A stretch of 64,000 bases of DNA from Escherichia phage RB43. Positions within the stretch are counted from its first letter, which is position 1. Each line of letters begins with the position of its first letter. Of this stretch, positions 19,301 through 29,261 are shown piece by piece. Under the pieces are notes generated by a model that was given only the letters and a program-made list of their open reading frames with translations, was not told where the DNA came from and searched no databases. The translations under genes and the position numbers were made by a program. The stretch lies in the sequence record NC_007023.1; one strand, 5' to 3'.

Positions 19301-19431
19301 AAAGTCCTCTGTTCGATAGTTCAGCGGTTAAATACTCTCAGTTCCGTAACTTAGTGGAAAAACGATTGAAAGACGATGCGGGTAATCCTCGTGATCCGAA
19401 TCCACCGACTCAGAGAAAGGTAGGAAAATAA
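16348..19431 (+). CDS. 7: baseplate wedge protein gp7
   Basis: 1027 aa; size and synteny with T4 gp7. Confidence 0.9.
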   Translation: MIKAPSITSLRVDKLAANFVYLKWDSVGMDFYYVVEMAETRGAGGAVIPDADLTWFQLGYAYANEWFSTAVQPNSFYKFRIKVTHQGFEPSDWVYSDELWTFTLNAYAYSTMREFTPSDAFINEKFAKNNQNYVNFNNDVIMAALMKEDFVFSPLYTDVSQISDKILTQENYHEIQDHIEHVCNDINRTFLVASNGLLYLFERFQNMAKVSNDKGQTWHYYKAFNDRVGNPVARSIAYQSTNTTYVLGYDRIFYGRTSTDIRWSADDVRFSADDITFTKLGNQTGLDFDVDSYNTFAKLPGDVSKYAEAMACSDDWLYVAAKNIVRRIALKQTPIDTDPSSPTFGEKIFDETSYTIVPGNDKIVVKKMDVMDSKLYVLVTGEVKVALQDPTKPENVVPSVDSGVYQWQEDTKTFVRLYGNTEEERFFIEHEYTNMSTNGKEIYISVANYKYPGTLPDPELLITNPELVAAVKYDLRPGYTASLSINFATIRANIDDPTVWKFGAQEYYNEANYSWFFRDSVRTWITNDNRPLVVYPKIVYEMVTDTAGPSSTLRVNKEVWDRGHVTIYINNIKFTGFTKYTNGVLLYKSSGEIIGFFELSYRARDSLTIFWKPDNTLLIADLIQQEREQPYVPDLSPGLIDPDLSHMITRFAPQSYLDQEYFEKFGEYYLQFVSLGENTYYNKLLNLIRNKYPREKNCVEYLWSEVNRRNIYLDKTKRDQVVRFFESRASDFYSTKGIEASYKFLFKLLYNEDVSVEIESSNTLEYDILVSSTNISQDIVGRTIYTPTARANVTYIERDYEDGQLRWSMTLHNVIGNFLEGQVVKSEKTNFTGSILRGVRGKQMANNSIDYFNRGRSYYVMKIRSNLPASRYKDDVLRFVHPVGFGFIGITMLTVFINSGLSMTHSETIIDILRNYRFDSGYPKYWPDRVARLDGNGNQTFDLVTGEALYEPHPKAGQPFDVPPQYDIDEQPLNGVLPSARRFDQSPLFDSSAVKYSQFRNLVEKRLKDDAGNPRDPNPPTQRKVGK

Positions 19432-20423
19432 TGGCTCAACAAAACATCTACCGTGCGGTAGTAACAGGAAAATTCCGCACGGAAAACATGATGAACTTTC
19501 GTGATATGATCGGGGATGACCCCGATCACAACTCGATTTATATGTCAATCGGGAGAACTGAACAATGGGCTGATAACGAATCAGATCCTGAATTCGCTCC
19601 CCCGTATCCAAACGATGATACAGATGGTATTGTTGATATGTGGACGCATATGATCGGGGCGACAAAAGTTCCTGGCGAAATGATTGATGCAATCGTTCCG
19701 CGTAAAGATTGGGGCGATACTCGCTATCCAAACCCTAAAATATTCTATGTGAATGATATCGTGGTTGTCAACTCCGCACCTTACAACCGTACTGACTACG
19801 GGAAAGGATGGATGATTTACCGCGTTGTAGACGTTCCTGATATTGGTTCTTGTTCTATTTCCAGTATCACAGGTAAAGTCGAATGTGTGCGCATTGGTGG
19901 TATCTGGACACCGACCCATGAATCTGTTGAACCTCCACGCGGAGAAGCAAACGGAATTGATATGGGCGACGGGTACAAGTGGGAATATCTTTATACGATC
20001 CCGCCTGATGTCGTTATCAACCGATGCACAAACGAACATATCGTTGTTCCGTTCCCTGATGAACTGGAAGAAGATCCGGTACGCTGGGGTTATGACAACG
20101 TGATCAAATGGTATCCAGATATGTATGATCTGGTGTTCCGTATGAAAGTTCATTCAATGCGATTCCGTGCGTATATGGATTCTCTATTTTTCCCGCAAGC
20201 CTCGCTACCTGGCAACCGTGGATTCCGTCAAATCAGCGTGATTGTTAACCCGCTGTTGAAAAAGGCGCAACCAACAGACCCAGAAGTGAAAGCAACCGGA
20301 CAATTCTATACAAAGGATCAATTCGAACTGGATTCTGGACAGATGATCTATATGGAAAACAGACAACCGATTATTCGATCCCCAGATCAGACCGAAGAAG
20401 TCAGTATTATTTTCGAATTCTAA
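19431..20423 (+). CDS. 8: baseplate wedge protein gp8
   Basis: Extensive match to T4 gp8 (YRAVVTGKFRTE..., IVPRKDWGDTRYP, GYKWEYL, MIYMENRQPII). Confidence 0.9.
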   Translation: MAQQNIYRAVVTGKFRTENMMNFRDMIGDDPDHNSIYMSIGRTEQWADNESDPEFAPPYPNDDTDGIVDMWTHMIGATKVPGEMIDAIVPRKDWGDTRYPNPKIFYVNDIVVVNSAPYNRTDYGKGWMIYRVVDVPDIGSCSISSITGKVECVRIGGIWTPTHESVEPPRGEANGIDMGDGYKWEYLYTIPPDVVINRCTNEHIVVPFPDELEEDPVRWGYDNVIKWYPDMYDLVFRMKVHSMRFRAYMDSLFFPQASLPGNRGFRQISVIVNPLLKKAQPTDPEVKATGQFYTKDQFELDSGQMIYMENRQPIIRSPDQTEEVSIIFEF

Positions 20424-20433
20424 GGAAACCATA

Positions 20434-21297
20434 ATGGCATATCAAACAGGTAAAAAATTAATTGACGTGGGGCAGATCGGCAACCCGTCAACTGGTGACC
20501 CGCTGTATGACGGCGGTGTTAAACTTAACGAAATCATCACCAACGTGTATAATGCGTTCGGTGATGTGCGTTTGCTGACTGCAAATGATGGTGTTGGTAC
20601 AATGCTGCTTCATGCAACTGGATATTTCCAGAAGTTGCCAAGAACGTATTATTCAGCAAACCCGATCGAACTGGGTTCATTGCATGATATGGATACAGCA
20701 ACAGGGCCAATTACGGTTGTTCTTCCGTCTGGTAAGGCTGGCGAAGGGTGCTATTTCATAAATAGTAACGGTAGTATTTCTGTTGATCGTCCTGTTGTAT
20801 TTCGTCCTCAAGTAGGCGATAACATCAAAGGGGTTAAGGATCAGCTTTATATCACTTCTCCTTACACCCAGATTAAATTATGGTGTGTGAAGAAAGAAGG
20901 TTCAGTAACCACATGGGATTATTCAGTCGAATCTATGTTCGGCTCTAAAACAATGCCCGTGGATACTACCAAACTAATTTTGAAAGCATCACCGACCGCA
21001 ATTCCTTTATTCGGTTACAGTGAATTCAGCGGGGCTAAGTTGCTAGTATATGCTGAAAATATGACAGGTACAGTCAACAAAATGGCTGAACTTCTCCTGT
21101 CTGTGGATCGTATCGCAAGGGGCGTATATTCTACGGAATATGCTGTACTGAAAAATAGCGATGATGACATGTATTCACTTACTTTCACTGTCGGTGCTGG
21201 TGACATTGTATATGCAAACGTCCAATCGGTACTCGAAGATCGAATTAAGTTCTCGATTAAAGCGGTTGACACCATTAAATCAGGGATCGCAGCATGA
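20434..21297 (+). CDS. 9: baseplate wedge tail fibre connector gp9
   Basis: 287 aa; synteny and size. Confidence 0.85.
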   Translation: MAYQTGKKLIDVGQIGNPSTGDPLYDGGVKLNEIITNVYNAFGDVRLLTANDGVGTMLLHATGYFQKLPRTYYSANPIELGSLHDMDTATGPITVVLPSGKAGEGCYFINSNGSISVDRPVVFRPQVGDNIKGVKDQLYITSPYTQIKLWCVKKEGSVTTWDYSVESMFGSKTMPVDTTKLILKASPTAIPLFGYSEFSGAKLLVYAENMTGTVNKMAELLLSVDRIARGVYSTEYAVLKNSDDDMYSLTFTVGAGDIVYANVQSVLEDRIKFSIKAVDTIKSGIAA

Positions 21298-23111
21298 AAC
21301 AAGAAATTATTATTGGTAACGTGGTTGATGATGGCGCTGGCGATTACTTACGCCGTGGTGGTCAGAAAACAAACGCGAACTTTACCGAACTATACGAAAA
21401 GCTGGGTGATGGGGAGATCCCACACCCAGCGGGTGCATGGAAAACACATTCAGCACCGACTCTGAACCCGATTTTCGGTGATTCATGGGCGCTGAATACC
21501 AGCAACAACCGTATTACTGTAAACCTCCCTAAAGGCGGCGTAGGCGATTATAACAAGGTTATTCGTCTGCGTGACGTATGGAGTAAATGGGCTGTAAACA
21601 ACGTCCGTATTGTTCCTGCAACTGGTGATACCATCAAAGGATCACCAACTTACAAAGAACTGTACAAAGATTTCATGGATGTTGAGTTAGTTTATTGTGC
21701 GCCTGGTCGTTGGGAATATGTCGAAAACAAACAGGTTGACAAAATCACAACTTCCGATCTGGCTACTGTAGCAAAAGAAACATATATTGCTACACAAGGA
21801 CAGACAGATTTCCCGAATGTGTTTGGCCCTGGTAACTCGTACAACGTCCGTGCTCTGGAAGTTTACTATCGTGGTAACTTGCTGTACATCGACGACAAAA
21901 ACGGATTTGTTGAAGCAAACAGCGATTATGGTTCACCTGGTACAAACCCTGGAGAATTGATTGACCTTGATGGTACTAACATACGCCTTAAACGTCCGTG
22001 TAACGCTGGAGACACGCTTCAATTCGTAACCTATATGGATGGTATAGCGACATGGCGATCGACGTATGAGGCGCATACTATGCGCGTATACAACACGGGT
22101 GATACTGAACTGGTAAGCGTACCTGGTGAAATCTGGGTTGGCAACCTTGCAACCAAAAAAGAATTTACCACTGCTGAATTCGGGATCAGTTCTCGTGTAT
22201 TGATTAATCCGAACTCTTTCGAACTGCTGTTGAACGGTCGCCAACTTGTTAAAGCAGGTGACGCGGATCTTCCTACATTCGTGTGTGAAGGGGCAGAAGG
22301 TTATGATGAAGATAGCTGTTTAGCTAACTCCGGTGCGTGGGTTCCTTCTGGACAGGACTACAGTTTGATCTTTGTTGATTCCATTGTAACAGGTATCAAA
22401 TTCAGTCAACCTCTTGAAAGTCGCGATGTTGTTACGATCCGTTGGTTCAATAACGATATCGGAACTGTAATGGAATGGGAAGGTGTTGGCGGTATTAAAG
22501 AGCATACCGATAAAATCTATCTGAACAACGAAGAAGAGTTAACCCTAGTTGGACGGATTGAATATACCGACTATAACAACCCGTCGCAGAAAACGATGCG
22601 TAAAATTACGGAACCTTTCAGCGGTCGATTGCTGGATCTGCAAGCGTTTTTTGATGTGATTCATCCGATCGGGACGATCTACGAAAACGCGCATAACGAC
22701 GCAAACCCAGGCGAATACATGGGCTTCGGTATCTGGAAACGGTACGCAGAAGGTCAATTTATCGCTGGTTGGACAACTGATGCAGCAGATAGCGATTTTG
22801 GTTTAAACAACAACGATTTGGATGGTTCTGGACAGCCTACACACACAGCAGGTGGTTCTGGTGGTGAACGTGGTTATGAAATTCATCCGATCAACGTTCC
22901 ACAAATTGAATCAACCGATAAAGTTCTGATTAAGGACGACAACGGGATCATTATCATTGGTGGCTGTCAGGTTGACCCAGATGCAACAGGGCCAGGATAC
23001 ACTAAATACCGTGAGGATGTATTGAAAGTAAATCAGGGTAACACTACCCCAGATAAACTTAAAACGCTCCCTCCGTATATTACTGCACATCGCTGGATAA
23101 GGGTAGCATAA
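21294..23111 (+). CDS. 10: baseplate wedge subunit and tail pin gp10
   Basis: 605 aa; synteny and size. Confidence 0.85.
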   Translation: MKQEIIIGNVVDDGAGDYLRRGGQKTNANFTELYEKLGDGEIPHPAGAWKTHSAPTLNPIFGDSWALNTSNNRITVNLPKGGVGDYNKVIRLRDVWSKWAVNNVRIVPATGDTIKGSPTYKELYKDFMDVELVYCAPGRWEYVENKQVDKITTSDLATVAKETYIATQGQTDFPNVFGPGNSYNVRALEVYYRGNLLYIDDKNGFVEANSDYGSPGTNPGELIDLDGTNIRLKRPCNAGDTLQFVTYMDGIATWRSTYEAHTMRVYNTGDTELVSVPGEIWVGNLATKKEFTTAEFGISSRVLINPNSFELLLNGRQLVKAGDADLPTFVCEGAEGYDEDSCLANSGAWVPSGQDYSLIFVDSIVTGIKFSQPLESRDVVTIRWFNNDIGTVMEWEGVGGIKEHTDKIYLNNEEELTLVGRIEYTDYNNPSQKTMRKITEPFSGRLLDLQAFFDVIHPIGTIYENAHNDANPGEYMGFGIWKRYAEGQFIAGWTTDAADSDFGLNNNDLDGSGQPTHTAGGSGGERGYEIHPINVPQIESTDKVLIKDDNGIIIIGGCQVDPDATGPGYTKYREDVLKVNQGNTTPDKLKTLPPYITAHRWIRVA

Positions 23112-23773
23112 TGACACAATTTATTTCAAAGACAAGGGAGGGGGCGAAAGTCCCTTCCCGTGAAGCAGACTTTTTGCAATATGAAATGGGTACTAAAGAC
23201 CCTCTTATCGGTGGTAAACGTACTATCGGTGGTGCAAACGTCGATCAGCTTCGTAAAGGGGTAGATTATCCCAACGTGCAATCAGCAATCGATGACCTGT
23301 ATACTCTGTCTCAACAGATCCCGATCAACGGGGTTATCATGATGACAGAAGACAGTCCTCCGACCGCTGTTCAGCAGGTAGAGACTATAACTTTTGATGG
23401 TACTGTACAAAACACAGATCCAGACCAGACAAAAGCAACAATTCATGTTTATGGATTCCCGTTCGTGTTCGATAACACAACGAACGCATCAACCGTATGC
23501 GAAACAGTCTACAACAAGTTTACTGAATTTGTCAATGACGAAAAATATTTCGATCTGGTAACTCGCAAGGGCTTGAACGGTGAAATTCTGGAAGTTCGGT
23601 TTATTGATTGTGTTCCGCATCCGGTAACAAATACTACTGAAAACGGAATATCTATGGTAGGAACAATCGATGTACAGGCACGATCTGGTTACGGTACGTG
23701 GTCGAAACTGGGTGAGGTGGATCTTGCTGTAACTCCGGCAGTTCCAATTTTCTACTTTAAACGTATTGCGTAA
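23111..23773 (+). CDS. 11: baseplate wedge subunit and tail pin gp11
   Basis: 220 aa; synteny and size. Confidence 0.85.
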   Translation: MTQFISKTREGAKVPSREADFLQYEMGTKDPLIGGKRTIGGANVDQLRKGVDYPNVQSAIDDLYTLSQQIPINGVIMMTEDSPPTAVQQVETITFDGTVQNTDPDQTKATIHVYGFPFVFDNTTNASTVCETVYNKFTEFVNDEKYFDLVTRKGLNGEILEVRFIDCVPHPVTNTTENGISMVGTIDVQARSGYGTWSKLGEVDLAVTPAVPIFYFKRIA

Positions 23774-23782
23774 GGATAACCA

Positions 23783-25174
23783 ATGAGTAACAACACAATT
23801 AACCACGTAAGCGATGCGTCCGTTTACGTGACTTTTGATCCGGCAGGTACGCAATGGCCCTCGACTTTCGTCAACGTACAGCAAGCATTAGCCTCTATAG
23901 GCCCGTGGGCGCGTACTGATGTTGGTTTGCCTAACGCGGCTCCTGGTATGCGTGGTATTGCTGCTATTGCTACCGAGGCGATGATTGACGCAGGGACAGA
24001 CAACGAAACGATCGTTACTCCTGCATTGCTGGCATATCGTTTACAAAATCCTCATGCGTCACAAACCGTTTGGGGATATACCAAATACGCAACTGATGCG
24101 GAAGCGGTTGATGTCGCAAACGATCTGGTTTCATTAACTCCGCGTTCGATCAATGTGGTTTTCAATACCAGACACGCATCAGAAACCGTGTGGGGTTCTT
24201 CTAAACTGTCAACGACAGCACAGGCAACAGCGGGTACTGATGATACAACCTCAATGACACCATTGAAGGTAAAACAAGCAATCTCTGCTCTGGTTCCGGT
24301 ACAATCCAACGCAACAGAAAGCGCGTTCGGTTTGGTTCAGTTGGCTACGGTTTCAGAAGTCCGCGCGGGTACTATTCGCGACGGTTTCGCAATTTCACCG
24401 TATACGTTTATTCGTCTGAATGCAACAGAAAGCGATCTGGGTATTGTTCGCCTAGCAAGTCAGGCAGAAGTAAACGCAGGAACTGATGATACCAAAGCCG
24501 TTACCCCGTTAAAACTGGCTAACCTTAAAGGCTCCGGTGGTTCTTTCGGTTTGGTTAAATTATCAACAGAAGTAAACGCAGGGCTGGCTAACACTGCTCT
24601 TTCTGCGGGTGCTAACGTAGTACCGAGCAACCGTGACAGCGCTATCACTGGTGGTGCATTGTATCAGGGTTCAGTTGCTGCTGCTAATAAATACCAGACA
24701 CATAGCGATATCGAAGCATCGTTACCGATTGGCTGTATGATGATGGCTGCATTTAACTCCGATTACGGAAACCTGTGTATTGCCAACGGTCGCGGGATGT
24801 ATACATACGAATACCCTGAACTGTTTGCACTTATAGGTTATACGTATGGCGGTAGTGGTAACATTTTCAACCTTCCCGATATGCGAGGCGTGGTTGCTCG
24901 TGGATTTGATGCGGGACGTGGTTTAGACCCAGGTCGCGGTTTTGGTACATACCAGCATCACGAAGTACAGTCACATGAACACCCTCTGCAAATGATCTAT
25001 CAGTCTGGTGGTAACTTACCATCATGGCAGTGTGTTTATGAACTGCGTACTGCGGAGAAAAACGACCAGCAATTATACTGGCCTGATCCTTCACTCAGTA
25101 AAGCAATGGCTGTTGGCGGCAACGAAACGCGAATGAAGAACCTTGCGATCAACTATGTAATTCGAGTACGATAA
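23783..25174 (+). CDS. 12: short tail fibre protein gp12
   Basis: Repeats (SQTVWGYTKYATDAEA, SETVWGSSKLSTTAQATAGTDDT, SAFGLVQLAT, GSFGLVKLST) and C-terminal His-rich site HHEVQSHEH. Confidence 0.85.
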   Translation: MSNNTINHVSDASVYVTFDPAGTQWPSTFVNVQQALASIGPWARTDVGLPNAAPGMRGIAAIATEAMIDAGTDNETIVTPALLAYRLQNPHASQTVWGYTKYATDAEAVDVANDLVSLTPRSINVVFNTRHASETVWGSSKLSTTAQATAGTDDTTSMTPLKVKQAISALVPVQSNATESAFGLVQLATVSEVRAGTIRDGFAISPYTFIRLNATESDLGIVRLASQAEVNAGTDDTKAVTPLKLANLKGSGGSFGLVKLSTEVNAGLANTALSAGANVVPSNRDSAITGGALYQGSVAAANKYQTHSDIEASLPIGCMMMAAFNSDYGNLCIANGRGMYTYEYPELFALIGYTYGGSGNIFNLPDMRGVVARGFDAGRGLDPGRGFGTYQHHEVQSHEHPLQMIYQSGGNLPSWQCVYELRTAEKNDQQLYWPDPSLSKAMAVGGNETRMKNLAINYVIRVR

Positions 25175-25186
25175 AGGGGTTAATCC

Positions 25187-27475
25187 ATGATTTCAAAACT
25201 TAACCCGTTACCAAAGATCCCGTTTGTTGATGGTGTCCCTTCGGACACCACACAAACCCCGATCAACTGGATAATTAACGGCGAAACTCTCGATGGTGCT
25301 AAAACCAAAGTCACTAACGAGGGTTCTTTAAACAGGTGCGGTGTTCTGGTACAAAAGAACGCGGTGCAATTAGAAACCAACACCATTACACAGACTGCAA
25401 AAATCAACGAAGTTATCGATCAGGTTAACCTCATTAGTGAAAACCTCGCGGCTATTTCTGATGAAAGCGTGATTGACAAACTGGATCAGGTTGTTGCTGA
25501 TGTAGAAGTGTTGAAAGTTGATATGACTGCGGTTCAAGGTTCTACTGCAAGCAATACCCTGAAAATCCAGGATCTCGATAAAGAGATCGGGACGTGGGAC
25601 GCTTCAACAGATCCTAAACACCGTACCATTCGAAAAGATATTATTTTCCTGAAAGGGGAAATGGGTGCGTACCCTGGGTTTAACGAAAACGGCGACGTAG
25701 ATCCGACATCAACGGGTTCCGGCATGAAATACAAAATCATGACGAACGCGCAAGCGATTTCGATTCATGAAGGACGTATTACGCGCCTTGAAGATGATTG
25801 GGCTAACTCAGACGTAGGTCATTTAACTGATGAAGTAACCGATCTGCGTAACGAAATGGGGCCAAAACATTTAGCGACATTTGAATCTGTATATGTTCGC
25901 CTGAACACTATCGGTACTGAGATCACTGGTATCAATTCCGAACTAACCAGCATCAACCAATATATCGGTCGTACTGGCACGGGTGGAACTGGTAGTATTT
26001 CTGCGCGTATGACTACGGCAGAATCGAATATCGCAACCCTGCAAACGCAGATGAATGATTCTGCTACTGGTGTATTACCTCGCGTAATTTCTTTGGAAAA
26101 TGCTGTCGGTAACTCTCAGATCCCTGGTAGTATTCGTTACGACATCAGCGCAATCAAACGTGACATCGGTGATATCAACATGATCGTCGGTGAATCAAGC
26201 GATGATGGTCTTCGTGGGGAAATGGCTCAGGTTATGACCGATATCGGTACTGATTCACAGCCTACGAGCATCAAAGGCCGTTTGCTGAACGTTGAGAACA
26301 CCCAACGTGACGATCATCAGAAACTGATTGACGTTGAATCTGTTGTTGGTAATACTTCAAGTGGACTCGTTGCGGCTAATATCGCGATGGGTAAAGCTGT
26401 TTACGGTGATGCAACGAGTTCTGATCCATTCCTGAAAGACGGTATTCAGAAAACAGCGCGTGACAGTAAAGCGGCTATCGGTGTAAACACAACCGGATCT
26501 GAAACAGGGATCTATAAACTGATTTCGGATTTGACTGCTCGTGTTGCTGCACTTGAAAGCGGTACTGGTGGCGAACTTGAACAACGTGTTTCTGATTTGG
26601 AAACCAATAAAGCATCGCATCAGGACGTTGCAAACGCATTGGTTCCGTATATTACCGAAGCGGAAGCAGATGTTAAGTACGAACCGAAGAAAATTCCGTT
26701 ATCGTTTACGCAAAACCTTGTTGGGCGTGGCGATTATATCGAAGGTGATGACATTTCTTTCATGGTTACGGTAACAGGTGGTAAACTGCCTTATGTCTAC
26801 CAGTGGAAGAAAGGAACCGCTGATGTAGGTACTAACGCATCGAGCATTCTGATCCAAAGCATTACCTCTGCCGACGCTGGCGTGTATAAAGTTGTTGTTA
26901 CCGATGCAGACAACACCGTAATTACTTCTGACGAAGTGACGGTTGCTGTTTATCCGGTTCCTCAGTTTGATACTAACCTGGCTGACAAATCGGTGGTTGA
27001 CGGTGATCCTCTGACTCTGGAAGTTGTATACAGCGGTGGTAAACCTCCGTACACTTACGAATGGTTCAAAGATAACTCTGTTATCTCTGGGGAAACATCA
27101 GCAACATTTACCAAATCTGCTGTTACAAGCGCTGATGCTGGTGAATACTATGTTTCTGTAACTGACGCAATGAACAACCAAAACGATTCAGTGAAAGCAA
27201 CCGTGACTGTAACACCTCGTCCGGCTCTTGCATTCACTACGGATCTGAGTGCTACTAAATCATACAGCACAGGTGCTAACATGGATCTTGCTGTTGTCGT
27301 GACTGGTGGTAAAACACCATATACGTATAAATGGTTTAAAGACACTGCGGAAATTTCCGGTCAGACAGGTGCAAGCCTTACCACTGTAGCAGAAGATGGG
27401 GTGTATAAAGTCGAAGTGACGGATGCACTAACGACTAAAATCACATCAACTGAATGCACGGTAACTGTGGCATAA
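25187..27475 (+). CDS. wac: fibritin (neck whisker) with C-terminal triple Ig-like domain array
   Basis: N-terminus LPKIPFVDGVP...NEGSLNR like T4 wac; coiled-coil middle; C-terminus has three repeats with PYxYxWxKD...SADAGxYxVxVTD; no foldon. Confidence 0.8.
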   Translation: MISKLNPLPKIPFVDGVPSDTTQTPINWIINGETLDGAKTKVTNEGSLNRCGVLVQKNAVQLETNTITQTAKINEVIDQVNLISENLAAISDESVIDKLDQVVADVEVLKVDMTAVQGSTASNTLKIQDLDKEIGTWDASTDPKHRTIRKDIIFLKGEMGAYPGFNENGDVDPTSTGSGMKYKIMTNAQAISIHEGRITRLEDDWANSDVGHLTDEVTDLRNEMGPKHLATFESVYVRLNTIGTEITGINSELTSINQYIGRTGTGGTGSISARMTTAESNIATLQTQMNDSATGVLPRVISLENAVGNSQIPGSIRYDISAIKRDIGDINMIVGESSDDGLRGEMAQVMTDIGTDSQPTSIKGRLLNVENTQRDDHQKLIDVESVVGNTSSGLVAANIAMGKAVYGDATSSDPFLKDGIQKTARDSKAAIGVNTTGSETGIYKLISDLTARVAALESGTGGELEQRVSDLETNKASHQDVANALVPYITEAEADVKYEPKKIPLSFTQNLVGRGDYIEGDDISFMVTVTGGKLPYVYQWKKGTADVGTNASSILIQSITSADAGVYKVVVTDADNTVITSDEVTVAVYPVPQFDTNLADKSVVDGDPLTLEVVYSGGKPPYTYEWFKDNSVISGETSATFTKSAVTSADAGEYYVSVTDAMNNQNDSVKATVTVTPRPALAFTTDLSATKSYSTGANMDLAVVVTGGKTPYTYKWFKDTAEISGQTGASLTTVAEDGVYKVEVTDALTTKITSTECTVTVA

Positions 27476-27481
27476 TTTAAC

Positions 27482-27503
27482 AAGGGGCGCAAGCCCCTTT
27501 TGA
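27482..27503 (+). terminator. rho-independent terminator (GGGGCGCAAGCCCC plus T4)
   Basis: Hairpin after wac stop; same hairpin at 63675-63688. Confidence 0.5.
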
Positions 27504-27510
27504 GGATCAT

Positions 27511-28434
27511 ATGATTACGAACAATCCTGAACAATTGAAGGATGAAATTCTTCGTCGTCTGGGCGCACCAATCATCAAAATCGAAATCACACAAGACCAG
27601 ATTTACGATTGCATTCAACGCGCACTGGATCTGTATGCGGAATATCACTACAACGGAACAAACAAAAGTTACATTATCCTTACGTTAGGCGAAGACAACC
27701 CGCGAAACGTATTTGATTTGAGTAAAGAACATATTTTCGCGGTTACAAAAGTATTGCGTACAAATATCGGTTCATTGGTTTCTATGGACGGTACAGCGGT
27801 TTATCCGTGGTTTACTGATTTCCTGATGGGGCTTACTGGTGGTTCTCTGGGCGGTCGCTGTGCATCAAGCGTGTACGGTATGAATGCATATGGCGCGGAT
27901 CTGGGGTATTTTACACAGATGATGTCATATCAACGTTCAATGCAAGAGTTGCTGGCTCCATTACCTGATTACTGGTACAACGATGACACTGGTCAGTTTT
28001 GTGTATGGGGTAAAGTCAACAACGGTGATATTATTGTCATTGAAGTGATGGTAAGATCCTTTGTCGATGTTCCTAGTGCCGTAGGAAGCGTTGCAGGATA
28101 CGCTACAGCGGGTTCTAACGCAGTAGAAGACCAATCCATAGCCGACATCTACGATAACCCGTATAACGCGGTTGTGGGCGGTGTACGAGCGGGACAGGGT
28201 ACAACTGTTACTGGTGGAACCTCTGCATATAACAACCGTTGGGTAAAAGACTACTCAACCGCGCTGGTAAAAGAAATCAACGGGCAAATTCTGGCTAAGT
28301 TTCAGGGTATGCAATTGCCTGGTGGTGTTGCTCCAGATGGAACACGACTGATTCAGGAAGCGGAAACCAAATTACAAGGATTGCGCGACGAACTGATTTC
28401 TATGTCTGACGCAGTTCCTATTATTATGGTGTAG
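27511..28434 (+). CDS. 13: neck protein gp13
   Basis: 307 aa; synteny after wac. Confidence 0.85.
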   Translation: MITNNPEQLKDEILRRLGAPIIKIEITQDQIYDCIQRALDLYAEYHYNGTNKSYIILTLGEDNPRNVFDLSKEHIFAVTKVLRTNIGSLVSMDGTAVYPWFTDFLMGLTGGSLGGRCASSVYGMNAYGADLGYFTQMMSYQRSMQELLAPLPDYWYNDDTGQFCVWGKVNNGDIIVIEVMVRSFVDVPSAVGSVAGYATAGSNAVEDQSIADIYDNPYNAVVGGVRAGQGTTVTGGTSAYNNRWVKDYSTALVKEINGQILAKFQGMQLPGGVAPDGTRLIQEAETKLQGLRDELISMSDAVPIIMV

Positions 28435-28442
28435 GGGGAATA

Positions 28443-29189
28443 ATGCAAAACTGGGATGAAAGTTTATTCGCTCAGTTGTCAACGGGGGAGGGAGTCGATC
28501 GCAACTTAAAGGATCAAGTCACTAACCCGTATGTAAACTGGTACAAATATAACCCAACACAACAGCTACATGATTCACTTACAGCAGAATCAATCCAGAT
28601 GAAATCACCTGATATGTATTATGTCAGACGTGAATTTGTGAATATAGATAAAATTCTGGGTGAAGACCGAGAGTCTAAATTCACGAAATCGTGGAAGATC
28701 GCTGCATATATTGAATCATATGCTAACTATGAAGGACAGCGGGACTTCTTTAGCAAATTCGGGTTGAGTTCTAACGACGAAATGACGCTGGTACTAAATC
28801 CGCGTTTATTTGCACATCAAACTGATGGTGGTATTCCGGTGCTGGGGGATTTGGTTTATTTCCCAATGGATAACAGCTTGTTTGAAATTACATGGGTGGA
28901 AGCAGATCCGTTCTATCAGTTCGGTGATCGTCCTCAACGTAAAATCAACCTGGCTAAATTCATCTACACGGGCGAAGAATTGGCTCCTGAATTGCAGCGA
29001 AACGAAGGAATCCATATCGAACCTGATGCAGAACTGGATCTTGAACCTATTCGAAATCTTGACGGGCTGGCAGATATTAACATTGAACAGTACGAAGAAG
29101 ACAAAGAATTTGAAAGAGAAGGTGACGAGTTTATCGAATCTTTTGATGTTGTCAACGGTCGCGGTTCTCCGTTTGCTACACTGCCCTAA
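28443..29189 (+). CDS. 14: neck protein gp14
   Basis: 248 aa; synteny. Confidence 0.8.
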   Translation: MQNWDESLFAQLSTGEGVDRNLKDQVTNPYVNWYKYNPTQQLHDSLTAESIQMKSPDMYYVRREFVNIDKILGEDRESKFTKSWKIAAYIESYANYEGQRDFFSKFGLSSNDEMTLVLNPRLFAHQTDGGIPVLGDLVYFPMDNSLFEITWVEADPFYQFGDRPQRKINLAKFIYTGEELAPELQRNEGIHIEPDAELDLEPIRNLDGLADINIEQYEEDKEFEREGDEFIESFDVVNGRGSPFATLP

Positions 29190-29261
29190 ATACAAATAGG
29201 GGAAACCCTATATATGTTGGGGTGTATGGTGAAAACCTGCACCCGATTCAAAGAGGATCTT

